NCBI RefSeq assembly: GCF_044324785.1
Contig: NZ_CP172127.1
Strand: one strand, 5' to 3'
Origin: Escherichia coli
Lineage (GTDB): Bacteria > Pseudomonadota > Gammaproteobacteria > Enterobacterales > Enterobacteriaceae
DNA: 64,000 nucleotides
A model generated the notes under the pieces. That model did no database searches and was not told the origin of the DNA. It saw only the letters and a list, made by a program, of their open reading frames with translations. Both the position numbers and the translations under genes were made by a program. Shown here piece by piece: positions 17,361 to 26,325 of this stretch (its first letter is position 1; the number at the start of each line of letters is the position of its first letter).

Positions 17361-17780
17361 GGGCAAATCCAATGTGTGGTGGTTTTGTTATGTCACCCCA
17401 GATGCGAGTAAGAAAAAAATACGATGTTTTTAGTTTTCCATCAATCAGTCCCTGCTGTATCATTCTCACATTTTCAATGCCTGATACATTGATTCCGTTA
17501 ATTATTTTAAATAGTTGAATGTCGCGCCACTCGCGGTCAAGTCTTTTTAATTTTTTGTCTGAATATCCAAAATTGAAATAATGTGCAATAAGCCTCATAA
17601 GGTTACTTTTACCAAAGCTAAAAAATGCTAATACTGCAAAGCTACAAAGGAAAAAAACGATTAGCCCCCACACATTAGTCACATTATAGCTGACCATTAC
17701 GCTCTCCTTGAATGTTGTCTGGTAGTTCTACAAATGAATCCAGATAGCATAACTTTTATATATTGTGCAATCTCACATGC

Positions 17781-18416
17781 ATGAACACTCTCGCAAATAT
17801 TCAGGAACTCGCGCGTGCACTGCGCAACATGATCCGCACCGGTATTATCGTCGAAACCGACCTTAACGCCGGTCGCTGCCGTGTGCAGACCGGCGGCATG
17901 TGCACCGACTGGCTTCAGTGGCTGACCCATCGCGCCGGACGTTCGCGCACATGGTGGGCACCTTCCGTGGGGGAACAGGTGCTGATTCTGGCCGTGGGCG
18001 GTGAACTCGACACGGCGTTCGTTCTGCCGGGGATTTATTCCGGCGATAACCCCGCGCCGTCTGCGTCGGCGGATGCCCTGCATATCCGTTTCCCTGACGG
18101 GGCGGTGATTGAGTATGAACCTGAAACCAGTGCGCTCACGGTAAGCGGAGTTAAAACGGCCAGCGTGATGGCTTCTGATTCTGTTACTGCCACGGTGCCG
18201 GTGGTTATGGTGAAAGCATCAACCCGCATCACCCTGGACACACCGGAAGTGGTCTGCACCAACAAACTGACTACCGGCACGCTGGAAGTGCAGAAGGGCG
18301 GGACGATGCGCGGCAACATTGAACACACCGGCGGTGAACTCTCATCAAACGGTAAGGTACTGCATACCCATAAACACCCCGGCGACAGCGGCGGCACAAC
18401 CGGGAGTCCTTTATGA
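17781..18416 (+). CDS. V: Baseplate spike gpV
   Basis: Trimmed to MNTLANIQELARALRNMIRTGIIVETDL, the P2 V N-terminus. Confidence 0.92.
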   Translation: MNTLANIQELARALRNMIRTGIIVETDLNAGRCRVQTGGMCTDWLQWLTHRAGRSRTWWAPSVGEQVLILAVGGELDTAFVLPGIYSGDNPAPSASADALHIRFPDGAVIEYEPETSALTVSGVKTASVMASDSVTATVPVVMVKASTRITLDTPEVVCTNKLTTGTLEVQKGGTMRGNIEHTGGELSSNGKVLHTHKHPGDSGGTTGSPL

Positions 18417-18760
18417 CAGCGCGTTATCTCGGAATGAATCGCAGTGATGGCCTGACTGTCACTGACCTTGAGCATATCAGCCAGAGTATCGGCGATATCC
18501 TGCGCACACCGGTCGGCTCACGGGTGATGCGTCGTGATTACGGCTCGTTGCTGGCATCAATGATTGACCAGCCGCAGACCCCGGCGCTTGAGTTGCAGAT
18601 TAAGGTCGCCTGTTACATGGCGGTGCTGAAATGGGAACCCCGCGTCACCCTGTCATCCGTCACCACTGAGCGCAGTTTTGACGGGCGAATGACGGTCACG
18701 TTAACCGGCCAGCACAACGACACCGGCCAGCCACTTTCATTAACCATCCCTGTGAGTTGA
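18413..18760 (+). CDS. W: Baseplate wedge protein gpW (gp25-like)
   Basis: 115 aa, in the P2 W position and with matching sequence. Confidence 0.9.
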   Translation: MTARYLGMNRSDGLTVTDLEHISQSIGDILRTPVGSRVMRRDYGSLLASMIDQPQTPALELQIKVACYMAVLKWEPRVTLSSVTTERSFDGRMTVTLTGQHNDTGQPLSLTIPVS

Positions 18761-18764
18761 AACC

Positions 18765-19673
18765 ATGCCGATTATCGACCTGAACCAGCTACCCGCACCG
18801 GATGTGGTCGAGGAGCTGGACTTTGAAAGCATTCTCGCTGAACGCAAGGCGACACTGATTTCCCTTTACCCGGAAGATCAGCAGGAGGCGGTCGCCCGTA
18901 CCCTGACACTGGAATCTGAGCCTCTCGTCAAACTGCTGGAAGAAAATGCTTATCGTGAGCTTATCTGGCGTCAGCGTGTGAATGAGGCCGCACGGGCGGT
19001 GATGCTGGCCTGTGCCGCCGGTAATGACCTTGATGTGATTGGTGCCAATTACAACACCACGCGCCTGACTATCACCCCGGCAGATGATTCGACCATTCCG
19101 CCGACACCGGCAGTGATGGAATCTGACACCGATTATCGGCTGCGTATTCAGCAGGCGTTTGAAGGTTTAAGCGTCGCCGGGTCGGTGGGTGCCTATCAGT
19201 ATCATGGCCGCAGTGCCGACGGGCGTGTCGCGGATATCTCTGTCACCAGTCCGTCTCCGGCCTGCGTCACTATCTCTGTGCTGTCACGTGAAAATAACGG
19301 CGTCGCATCCGAAGACCTGCTGGCTGTGGTGCGTAACGCCCTTAATGGCGAGGACGTCAGGCCGGTGGCCGACCGCGTGACCGTGCAGTCTGCCGCCATC
19401 GTTGAATACCAGATAAACGCCACGCTTTACCTTTACCCTGGTCCCGAAAGCGAACCCATCCGCGCTGCCGCTGTGAAAAAGCTGGAAGCGTATATCACGG
19501 CACAGCACAGGCTGGGGCGCGACATCCGTCTGTCTGCCATTTATGCCGCTTTGCATGTGGAAGGTGTGCAGCGTGTCGAACTGGCTGCACCACTGGCCGA
19601 CATCGTGCTCAACAGTACGCAGGCGTCTTTCTGTACCGAATACCGCGTCGTGACCGGAGGCTCGGATGAGTGA
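18765..19673 (+). CDS. J: Baseplate protein gpJ
   Basis: 302 aa, in the P2 J position and with matching sequence. Confidence 0.9.
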   Translation: MPIIDLNQLPAPDVVEELDFESILAERKATLISLYPEDQQEAVARTLTLESEPLVKLLEENAYRELIWRQRVNEAARAVMLACAAGNDLDVIGANYNTTRLTITPADDSTIPPTPAVMESDTDYRLRIQQAFEGLSVAGSVGAYQYHGRSADGRVADISVTSPSPACVTISVLSRENNGVASEDLLAVVRNALNGEDVRPVADRVTVQSAAIVEYQINATLYLYPGPESEPIRAAAVKKLEAYITAQHRLGRDIRLSAIYAALHVEGVQRVELAAPLADIVLNSTQASFCTEYRVVTGGSDE

Positions 19674-20196
19674 TTCGCGACTGCTGCCGACCGGCTCATC
19701 ACCGCTTGAGGTCGCCGCCGCAAAAGCCTGTGCGGAAATTGAAAAAACGCCGGTCAGTATTCGTGAGCTGTGGAACCCGGACACCTGTCCGGCAAATCTG
19801 CTGCCGTGGCTGGCGTGGGCGTTTTCGGTCGACAGGTGGGATGAAAAGTGGCCGGAAGCGACAAAACGCGCCGTTATCCGCGATGCGTATTTCATCCACT
19901 GTCATAAAGGCACAATAGGTGCAATCCGGCGTGTGGTGGAGCCGCTCGGCTATCTCATCAACGTGACGGAGTGGTGGGAAAACAGTGACCCGCCCGGCAC
20001 CTTCCGGCTTGATATTGGTGTACTGGAAAGCGGCATCACAGAGGCAATGTATCAGGAAATGGAACGGCTGATTGCTGATGCCAAACCTGCAAGCCGCCAC
20101 CTTATTGGCCTGAACATTACCCGGGACATTCCCGGCTACCTGTTCGCCGGTGGTGTGGCTTACGACGGCGATGTAATTACGGTTTACCCCGGATAA
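19666..20196 (+). CDS. I: Baseplate/tail protein gpI
   Basis: 176 aa, in the P2 I position and with matching sequence. Confidence 0.9.
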   Translation: MSDSRLLPTGSSPLEVAAAKACAEIEKTPVSIRELWNPDTCPANLLPWLAWAFSVDRWDEKWPEATKRAVIRDAYFIHCHKGTIGAIRRVVEPLGYLINVTEWWENSDPPGTFRLDIGVLESGITEAMYQEMERLIADAKPASRHLIGLNITRDIPGYLFAGGVAYDGDVITVYPG

Positions 20197-20206
20197 GTGA
20201 GGAATA

Positions 20207-22525
20207 ATGAGCACAAAATTCAGAACCGTTATCACCACTGCCGGTGCAGCAAAGCTGGCAGCGGCAACCGCACCGGGAGGGCGGAAGGTCAACATTACCA
20301 CGATGGCCGTCGGGGATGGCGGTGGTAAATTGCCTGTCCCGGATGCCGGACAGACCGGGCTTATCCACGAAGTCTGGCGACATGCGCTGAACAAAATCAG
20401 CCAGGACAAACGAAACAGTAATTATATTATCGCAGAGCTGGTTATTCCGCCGGAGGTGGGCGGTTTCTGGATGCGTGAGCTTGGCCTGTACGATGATGCG
20501 GGAACGTTAATTGCTGTGGCGAACATGGCCGAAAGTTATAAGCCAGCTCTCGCCGAAGGCTCAGGGCGTTCGCAGACCTGTCGCATGGTCATCATCGTCA
20601 GCAGTGTGGCCTCAGTGGAGCTGACCATTGACACCACAACAGTGATGGCGACGCAGGATTACGTTGATGACAAAATTGCAGAGCACGAACAGTCACGACG
20701 TCACCCGGACGCCTCGCTGACCGCCAAAGGTTTTACTCAGTTAAGCAGTGCGACCAACAGCACGTCTGAAACACTGGCCGCAACGCCGAAAGCGGTAAAG
20801 GCCGCGTATGACCTTGCTAACGGGAAATATACTGCGCAGGATGCCACCACAGCGCGAAAAGGTCTTGTCCAGCTCAGTAGTGCCACCAACAGCACGTCTG
20901 AAACGCTCGCTGCAACACCAAAAGCGGTAAAAGCAGCATATGACCTGGCTAACGGGAAATATACCGCACAGGACGCCACCACCGCGCGAAAAGGCCTTGT
21001 CCAGCTAAGTAGCGTCACCAACAGCGATTCTGAAACGCTTGCGGCAACGCCAAAGGCGGTTAAGACAGCGTATGACCTTGCTAACGGGAAATACACTGCA
21101 CAGGATGCCACCACAGCGCGAAAAGGGCTTGTCCAGCTCAGTAGCGCCACCAACAGTGATTCTGAAACCCTCGCGGCAACGCCAAAAGCAGTGAAGTCTG
21201 CCTATGACAATGCTGAAAAACGTCTTCAGAAAGATCAGAACGGTGCGGATATTCCGGGAAAGGATACCTTCACGAAAAATATCGGTGCCTGTCGTGCTTA
21301 TAGCGGCGCTTTGAGCACTGAAGCCGGAAACTGGACAACCGCTCAGTTTATTGAATGGCTGGATTCCCGTGGTGCATTTAATCATCCGTACTGGATGTGC
21401 AAAGGCTCCTGGTCATATGCAAATAACAAAATCATTACGGATACCGGATGTGGTGATATCCACCTGGCTGGTTGTGTCGTCGAGGTCATGGGAACTAAAT
21501 CTGCAATCACTATCCGAGTGACCACGCCGACAACATCAAGCGGTGGCGGTACAACCAGCGCGCAATTCACTTACATTAATCATGGGGACGGCTACTCCCC
21601 CGGCTGGCGTCGTGACTGGAATCGTCAGGGCGACGCAATGACCGGAACGATTAATCAGGATGGCGGAAGCCAGAATGCCTATATGTCTACGGCCTTATGT
21701 TCAGGCACCAGAGGCGGCAAAAAATATCTCAGAAAGTTTCGTGGTGGAGAAGGAGACACTATCTGGCATGAAACAGTACAGGGCGGGGTAGTTCGCTGGG
21801 CGACTGGTAATACTGATGCTCAGGAAGAATTATCACTCAGCTCCGCTTATGGTCTCCGTTCAAGAGGTGAGATTACATCAAGCAGTGCTAATGGTCTGCG
21901 CATTGCTTATGGCAATTATGGATTCTTTATCAGGAATGATGGCAGCAGCACTTATTTTATGTTGACTAAATCAGGTGACAGATTAGGCACTTATAATAAT
22001 TTAAGACCACTGATTATAAATGATGCCACGGGTGCTGTATCAATGGGGCATGGCCTGAGTGTTACTGGTGATATTGCCTCAAGTACCAAAGTACGTGCCG
22101 GTAGCGGGAAAAAATTCACGGTCAGCAGCAGTAATACATCCACGAAGGAAGCCGCATTCAATTTGTGGGGAAACTCAAGTCGTCCGGTGGTGGCTGAATT
22201 AGGTGATGATGCAGGCTGGCATTTTTACAGTCAGAGAAATACAGATAACAGCATCACTTTTGCTGTTAACGGGCAGGTATCACCATCTAACTATAGTAAT
22301 TTTGATTCACGCTATGTCCGGGATATCCGGCTTGGTGGTGCTGCCACATACAAACCTGCGAACAATGGCATGACATGGACACATCAGGCACCGTCCGGGT
22401 GTGTATATTCCGGCATTATTGTTCAGGATACCGGCTCAAACTCTGCCGATAACATTGGTGGCGTATATTACAGACCGGTGCAGAAATACATTAACGGGAC
22501 ATGGTATAACGTGGCACAGGTATAA
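20207..22525 (+). CDS. H: Tail fibre protein gpH (772 aa) with an expanded internal repeat and a partly divergent distal part
   Basis: The N-terminal ~180 aa and the C-terminal end (KYINGTWYNVAQV) match remembered P2 H. The middle differs. Confidence 0.9.
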   Translation: MSTKFRTVITTAGAAKLAAATAPGGRKVNITTMAVGDGGGKLPVPDAGQTGLIHEVWRHALNKISQDKRNSNYIIAELVIPPEVGGFWMRELGLYDDAGTLIAVANMAESYKPALAEGSGRSQTCRMVIIVSSVASVELTIDTTTVMATQDYVDDKIAEHEQSRRHPDASLTAKGFTQLSSATNSTSETLAATPKAVKAAYDLANGKYTAQDATTARKGLVQLSSATNSTSETLAATPKAVKAAYDLANGKYTAQDATTARKGLVQLSSVTNSDSETLAATPKAVKTAYDLANGKYTAQDATTARKGLVQLSSATNSDSETLAATPKAVKSAYDNAEKRLQKDQNGADIPGKDTFTKNIGACRAYSGALSTEAGNWTTAQFIEWLDSRGAFNHPYWMCKGSWSYANNKIITDTGCGDIHLAGCVVEVMGTKSAITIRVTTPTTSSGGGTTSAQFTYINHGDGYSPGWRRDWNRQGDAMTGTINQDGGSQNAYMSTALCSGTRGGKKYLRKFRGGEGDTIWHETVQGGVVRWATGNTDAQEELSLSSAYGLRSRGEITSSSANGLRIAYGNYGFFIRNDGSSTYFMLTKSGDRLGTYNNLRPLIINDATGAVSMGHGLSVTGDIASSTKVRAGSGKKFTVSSSNTSTKEAAFNLWGNSSRPVVAELGDDAGWHFYSQRNTDNSITFAVNGQVSPSNYSNFDSRYVRDIRLGGAATYKPANNGMTWTHQAPSGCVYSGIIVQDTGSNSADNIGGVYYRPVQKYINGTWYNVAQV
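20738..21210 (+). repeat. In-frame tandem coding repeat (about 132 bp / 44 aa, 3 full copies plus 1 partial) inside H
   Basis: QLSSATNSTSETLAATPKAVKAAYDLANGKYTAQDATTARKGLV recurs with a few substitutions. The nucleotide copies are diverged at synonymous sites. Confidence 0.85.
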
Positions 22526-22528
22526 TTT

Positions 22529-23056
22529 ATGCAGCATTTGATAAATATAACCGCGGGTAATCCAAAAACGGTTGAACAATATCAATTGACAAAGGACTTT
22601 GATGTTGTCTGGTTTTTTACAGAAGATGGTAAGAACTGGTACGAAGAACAAAAGTATTTTGCTGATGACACGATAAAAATAGCGTACGACAAGGATAATA
22701 TTATCCGCTATGTGGAAAAAGATGTGACAGCTATCAGACCAGATGGATTAAGTGTGGTTGAAGTGGCGGATATTACTGCTAACCGACGGGCGGACATTTC
22801 AGGGAACTGGATGTTTAAGGACGGCAAAGTGATTAAACGCATTTATACGGCAGAGGAATTGCAGCAGCAGGCAGAAAACCGGAAAGCCAGACTTCTTGCA
22901 GATGCTGAATCCGTGATTTTGCCACTGGAGCGCGCTGTCAGGCTGAACATGGCAACAGATGAGGAGCGTAGCCGACTGGAAGCATGGGAACGCTACAGTG
23001 TTCTGGTCAGCCGTGTGGATCCTGCAAATCCTGAATGGCCGGAAATGCCGCAATAA
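22529..23056 (+). CDS. G: Tail fibre assembly chaperone gpG
   Basis: 175 aa directly after H, with the conserved C-terminal [28 protein letters not shown] typical of P2-type Tfa proteins. Confidence 0.85.
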   Translation: MQHLINITAGNPKTVEQYQLTKDFDVVWFFTEDGKNWYEEQKYFADDTIKIAYDKDNIIRYVEKDVTAIRPDGLSVVEVADITANRRADISGNWMFKDGKVIKRIYTAEELQQQAENRKARLLADAESVILPLERAVRLNMATDEERSRLEAWERYSVLVSRVDPANPEWPEMPQ

Positions 23057-23381
23057 GTGATATGATCTCTTGTGTTAGTTAACATAGCTATAGTACAGAG
23101 TAAGGCCTAATCTGACAGTCCGCTCTGTGCTAGGAGCGGACATTATCAACATCATGCTATGTTAATGTATAAAGTGAAGATAAATTGATATAATAAGGCC
23201 ACCATGAATATTTCAGAACCTTGTCAAAAGGTTTGCACATACTCTAGTCTTGCAATGTGTAGTTGATAGTTCCACTGAGGAGGTTCTTCGACATTCTTTA
23301 TAAAAATGTACATTTTCATCAATAATAAGAGGTAAAAGGGCTTTAATGGTTTTTTGTGGATGTTATTTCTACTCATAAATT

Positions 23382-23410
23382 TTGAGATAAGTATTGAGTT
23401 GAGATAAAAT
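23382..23410 (+). promoter_or_regulatory. Putative sigma70 promoter of the Z/fun-locus cargo gene
   Basis: -35 TTGAGA (23382-23387), a 17-bp spacer, then -10 TAAAAT (23405-23410), about 36 nt upstream of the ATG. An AGGA RBS lies 7 nt before the ATG. Confidence 0.55.
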
Positions 23411-23445
23411 TAAACTCGTTAAATTCACCTTTAAAAGGATAAAGC

Positions 23446-23973
23446 ATGGACTGGAAAGATCTTGCATCAACCGCTGTGTATACAGGTATGACTGATGAAA
23501 ATGAAAGCATATGGGAACGTGTTGATGGGGTTGACGTTGCCTTCATAGGTGCCTTTCTTACTGCGCACTTGAGCCTTGAAAAGTATATTACTGATTATCT
23601 TGGATTAAGATATCCTTCGTTAGCTTGGGGTGATGCAAAACTCACATTTTCACAAAAAATAGCTTTAATACAACATGAGCCTGCAACCCCCCCTTATGAT
23701 GAAATATATTTAAGAATAAAAGACTTTAACAGCATAAGAAATAAAATCAGTCATCAATTGAATTATCAGATTACGGATAAAGAAAAAAGTAAGTTTGTGG
23801 ACTTCTACATGAAGATTACTAAAGCCAGTAAAACTAAACCAAATATTGATATTGATAACATGGCAGATTTGTTGGATTTTTTCGTATCGATGACAAAATC
23901 CTATTTTGCTAGTGCTATTTCTTGTTATCACTATAATAAAAAGGTTGCAGGTAAAAGTAATAAAATTGATTAA
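23446..23973 (+). CDS. Hypothetical 175-aa protein with a HEPN-like RNxxxH motif (candidate RNase/abortive-infection effector)
   Basis: SIRNKISHQLNY (R98-H103) fits the Rx4-6H HEPN signature with the typical Asn after Arg. It is AT-rich single-gene cargo between G and FI. Confidence 0.6.
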   Translation: MDWKDLASTAVYTGMTDENESIWERVDGVDVAFIGAFLTAHLSLEKYITDYLGLRYPSLAWGDAKLTFSQKIALIQHEPATPPYDEIYLRIKDFNSIRNKISHQLNYQITDKEKSKFVDFYMKITKASKTKPNIDIDNMADLLDFFVSMTKSYFASAISCYHYNKKVAGKSNKID

Positions 23974-24148
23974 TAAAACTGGACTTAGGGATAATTAATA
24001 TATAGACGTTCTATCATTTTTAGAGTGTGCGGCAGCTCCATACATTCATGCGGATGTCAGCACCTCGCTCAAAGCAGACAGTCAGATTTGATAGCGTTTG
24101 GACTATGTAAATAGTCAGTTGGAAAATGAGTGAGTACAAATCAGGACA

Positions 24149-24175
24149 GGCGGGCGAATTGCCCGCCTTTTCTTT
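24149..24175 (+). terminator. Intrinsic terminator upstream of the FI late promoter region
   Basis: GGCGGGC-gaatt-GCCCGCC followed by TTTTCTTT. Confidence 0.75.
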
Positions 24176-24271
24176 ATCTGTTGTTTCATCCACTGACCAG
24201 CCAGGTCAAATAGCGTCTCATGCTCTGCCCAACAGAAAATAGTTGCACCCATTAACCACGGAGTTAAACGG

Positions 24272-25462
24272 ATGAGTGACTATCATCACGGCGTGCAGGT
24301 GCTGGAGATTAACGACGGCACCCGCGTCATTTCCACCGTATCCACGGCCATTGTCGGCATGGTCTGCACGGCCAGCGATGCGGATGCGGAAACCTTCCCC
24401 CTCAATAAACCGGTGCTGATTACCAATGTGCAGAGCGCAATTGCAAAGGCTGGTAAAAAAGGCACGCTGGCGGCATCGTTGCAGGCCATCGCCGACCAGT
24501 CAAAACCGGTCACCGTTGTCGTGCGTGTGGAAGACGGCACCGGCGACGACGAGGAAACGAAACTCGCGCAGACCGTTTCCAATATCATCGGCACCACCGA
24601 CGAAAACGGTCAGTACACCGGACTGAAAGCCCTGCTGGCGGCGGAGTCGGTAACCGGTGTTAAACCGCGTATTCTCGGCGTGCCGGGACTGGACACCAAA
24701 GAGGTGGCTGTTGCACTGGCATCAGTCTGTCAGAAGCTGCGCGCTTTCGGGTATATCAGCGCATGGGGCTGTAAAACTATTTCCGAGGTGAAAGCCTACC
24801 GCCAGAATTTCAGCCAGCGTGAGTTGATGGTCATCTGGCCGGATTTCCTCGCATGGGATACGGTCACCAGTACCACCGCCACCGCGTATGCCACCGCCCG
24901 TGCGCTGGGTCTGCGCGCTAAAATCGACCAGGAGCAGGGCTGGCATAAAACACTGTCCAACGTTGGGGTGAACGGTGTTACCGGCATCAGCGCCTCTGTA
25001 TTCTGGGATTTGCAGGAGTCCGGCACCGATGCTGACCTGCTTAATGAGTCAGGCGTCACTACGCTGATTCGCCGCGACGGTTTCCGCTTCTGGGGTAACC
25101 GTACCTGCTCTGATGATCCGCTGTTCCTCTTTGAAAACTACACCCGCACCGCGCAGGTGCTGGCCGACACGATGGCTGAGGCGCACATGTGGGCGGTGGA
25201 CAAGCCCATCACCGCAACGCTGATTCGCGACATCGTTGACGGCATCAATGCCAAATTCCGTGAGCTGAAAACAAACGGCTATATCGTGGATGCGACCTGC
25301 TGGTTCAGCGAAGAATCCAACGATGCGGAAACCCTCAAGGCCGGAAAACTGTATATCGACTACGACTATACACCGGTGCCTCCTCTCGAAAACCTGACCC
25401 TGCGCCAGCGTATTACCGATAAATACCTGGCAAATCTGGTCACCTCGGTTAACAGCAATTAA
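24272..25462 (+). CDS. FI: Tail sheath protein gpFI
   Basis: 396 aa, MSDYHHGVQVLEINDGTRVISTVSTAIVGMV, matches P2 FI. Confidence 0.93.
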   Translation: MSDYHHGVQVLEINDGTRVISTVSTAIVGMVCTASDADAETFPLNKPVLITNVQSAIAKAGKKGTLAASLQAIADQSKPVTVVVRVEDGTGDDEETKLAQTVSNIIGTTDENGQYTGLKALLAAESVTGVKPRILGVPGLDTKEVAVALASVCQKLRAFGYISAWGCKTISEVKAYRQNFSQRELMVIWPDFLAWDTVTSTTATAYATARALGLRAKIDQEQGWHKTLSNVGVNGVTGISASVFWDLQESGTDADLLNESGVTTLIRRDGFRFWGNRTCSDDPLFLFENYTRTAQVLADTMAEAHMWAVDKPITATLIRDIVDGINAKFRELKTNGYIVDATCWFSEESNDAETLKAGKLYIDYDYTPVPPLENLTLRQRITDKYLANLVTSVNSN

Positions 25463-25474
25463 GGAGCCTGACCG

Positions 25475-25993
25475 ATGGCAATGCCGCGCAAACTCAAGTT
25501 AATGAACGTCTTTCTGAACGGCTACAGCTATCAGGGCGTTGCAAAGTCCGTCACGCTGCCAAAACTGACCCGTAAGCTCGAAAACTATCGCGGTGCGGGG
25601 ATGAACGGCAGCGCACCGGTAGACCTCGGCCTTGATGACGATGCGCTGTCAATGGAGTGGTCGCTCGGTGGTTTCCCGGATTCGGTTATCTGGGAGCTTT
25701 ACGCAGCAACCGGTGTGGATGCCGTGCCGATTCGTTTTGCAGGCTCTTACCAGCGCGACGATACCGGCGAAACGGTGGCCGTCGAGGTAGTCATGCGTGG
25801 ACGTCAGAAAGAAATCGACACCGGAGAGGGTAAACAGGGAGAAGACACCGAGTCGAAAATCTCCGTGGTCTGCACCTATTTCCGGCTGACGATGGACGGT
25901 AAGGAGCTGGTCGAAATCGACACCATCAACATGATTGAGAAGGTGAACGGCGTCGACCGGCTGGAGCAACACCGCCGCAATATCGGCCTGTGA
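25475..25993 (+). CDS. FII: Tail tube protein gpFII
   Basis: 172 aa, MAMPRKLKLMNVFLNGYSYQG, matches P2 FII. Confidence 0.93.
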   Translation: MAMPRKLKLMNVFLNGYSYQGVAKSVTLPKLTRKLENYRGAGMNGSAPVDLGLDDDALSMEWSLGGFPDSVIWELYAATGVDAVPIRFAGSYQRDDTGETVAVEVVMRGRQKEIDTGEGKQGEDTESKISVVCTYFRLTMDGKELVEIDTINMIEKVNGVDRLEQHRRNIGL

Positions 25994-26049
25994 TTTTCAT
26001 CCGGTCAGCCAGGCTGACCGGTTAACCCTGATTCAGAAGTGAGAAAACC

Positions 26050-26325
26050 ATGAACAAAGAAAATGTGATTACCCTGGACAATCCGGTCAAGCGTGGTGAG
26101 CAGGTTATCGAACAGGTCACGCTGATGAAACCCAATGCCGGGACGCTGCGCGGTGTCAGTCTGGCTGCGGTCGCGAACTCCGAAGTCGATGCACTGATTA
26201 AAGTGCTGCCGCGCATGACGGCACCGATGCTGACCGAACAGGAGGTCGCCGCGCTGGAACTGCCTGACCTTGTGGCGCTGGCCGGTAAGGTGGTCGGTTT
26301 TTTGTCGCCGAACTCGGTGCAGTGA
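26050..26325 (+). CDS. E: Tail assembly chaperone gpE
   Basis: 91 aa, upstream of the tape measure gene. Confidence 0.9.
   Translation: MNKENVITLDNPVKRGEQVIEQVTLMKPNAGTLRGVSLAAVANSEVDALIKVLPRMTAPMLTEQEVAALELPDLVALAGKVVGFLSPNSVQ

Larger units (their letters stand above)
16041..17371 (+). mobile_element. IS2: IS2 (IS3 family), 1331 bp, flanked by a 5-bp target site duplication ATGTG
   Basis: The ends TAGACTGGCCCCCTGAATCTCC and GGGGCAAATCCA match remembered IS2. The direct repeats ATGTG are at 16036-16040 and 17372-17376. Confidence 0.93.
15576..17697 (-). pseudogene. IS2-disrupted cargo gene at the P2 orf30 locus; the restored ORF encodes a 261-aa protein with 3 predicted TM segments
   Basis: The N-part (17372-17697) has a strong AGGAG RBS and the C-part is 15576-16040. 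Removing IS2 and one copy of the ATGTG duplication gives a continuous 786-nt ORF. AT-rich. Confidence 0.85.

Noticed and set aside
17200-17697. The track ORF of 165 aa, considered as an intact gene.
   Set aside because: Its last ~57 codons are read-through into the right end of IS2. Only 17372-17697 is native sequence (the N-terminal fragment of the disrupted gene).
20738-21210. 132-bp tandem repeats considered as a non-coding array.
   Set aside because: They are in frame within tail fibre gene H and encode a known fibre repeat motif.
24182-24208. A search for the Ogr-responsive late promoter dyad (TGT-N12-ACA) upstream of FI. I found TGT-N12-CCA (24182-24199) and a TGACC-N5-GGTCA dyad (24194-24208).
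   Set aside because: The match to the remembered consensus is imperfect and I cannot verify the P2 P_F sequence from memory. For the same reason I did not call the P_P/P_O and P_V late promoters.
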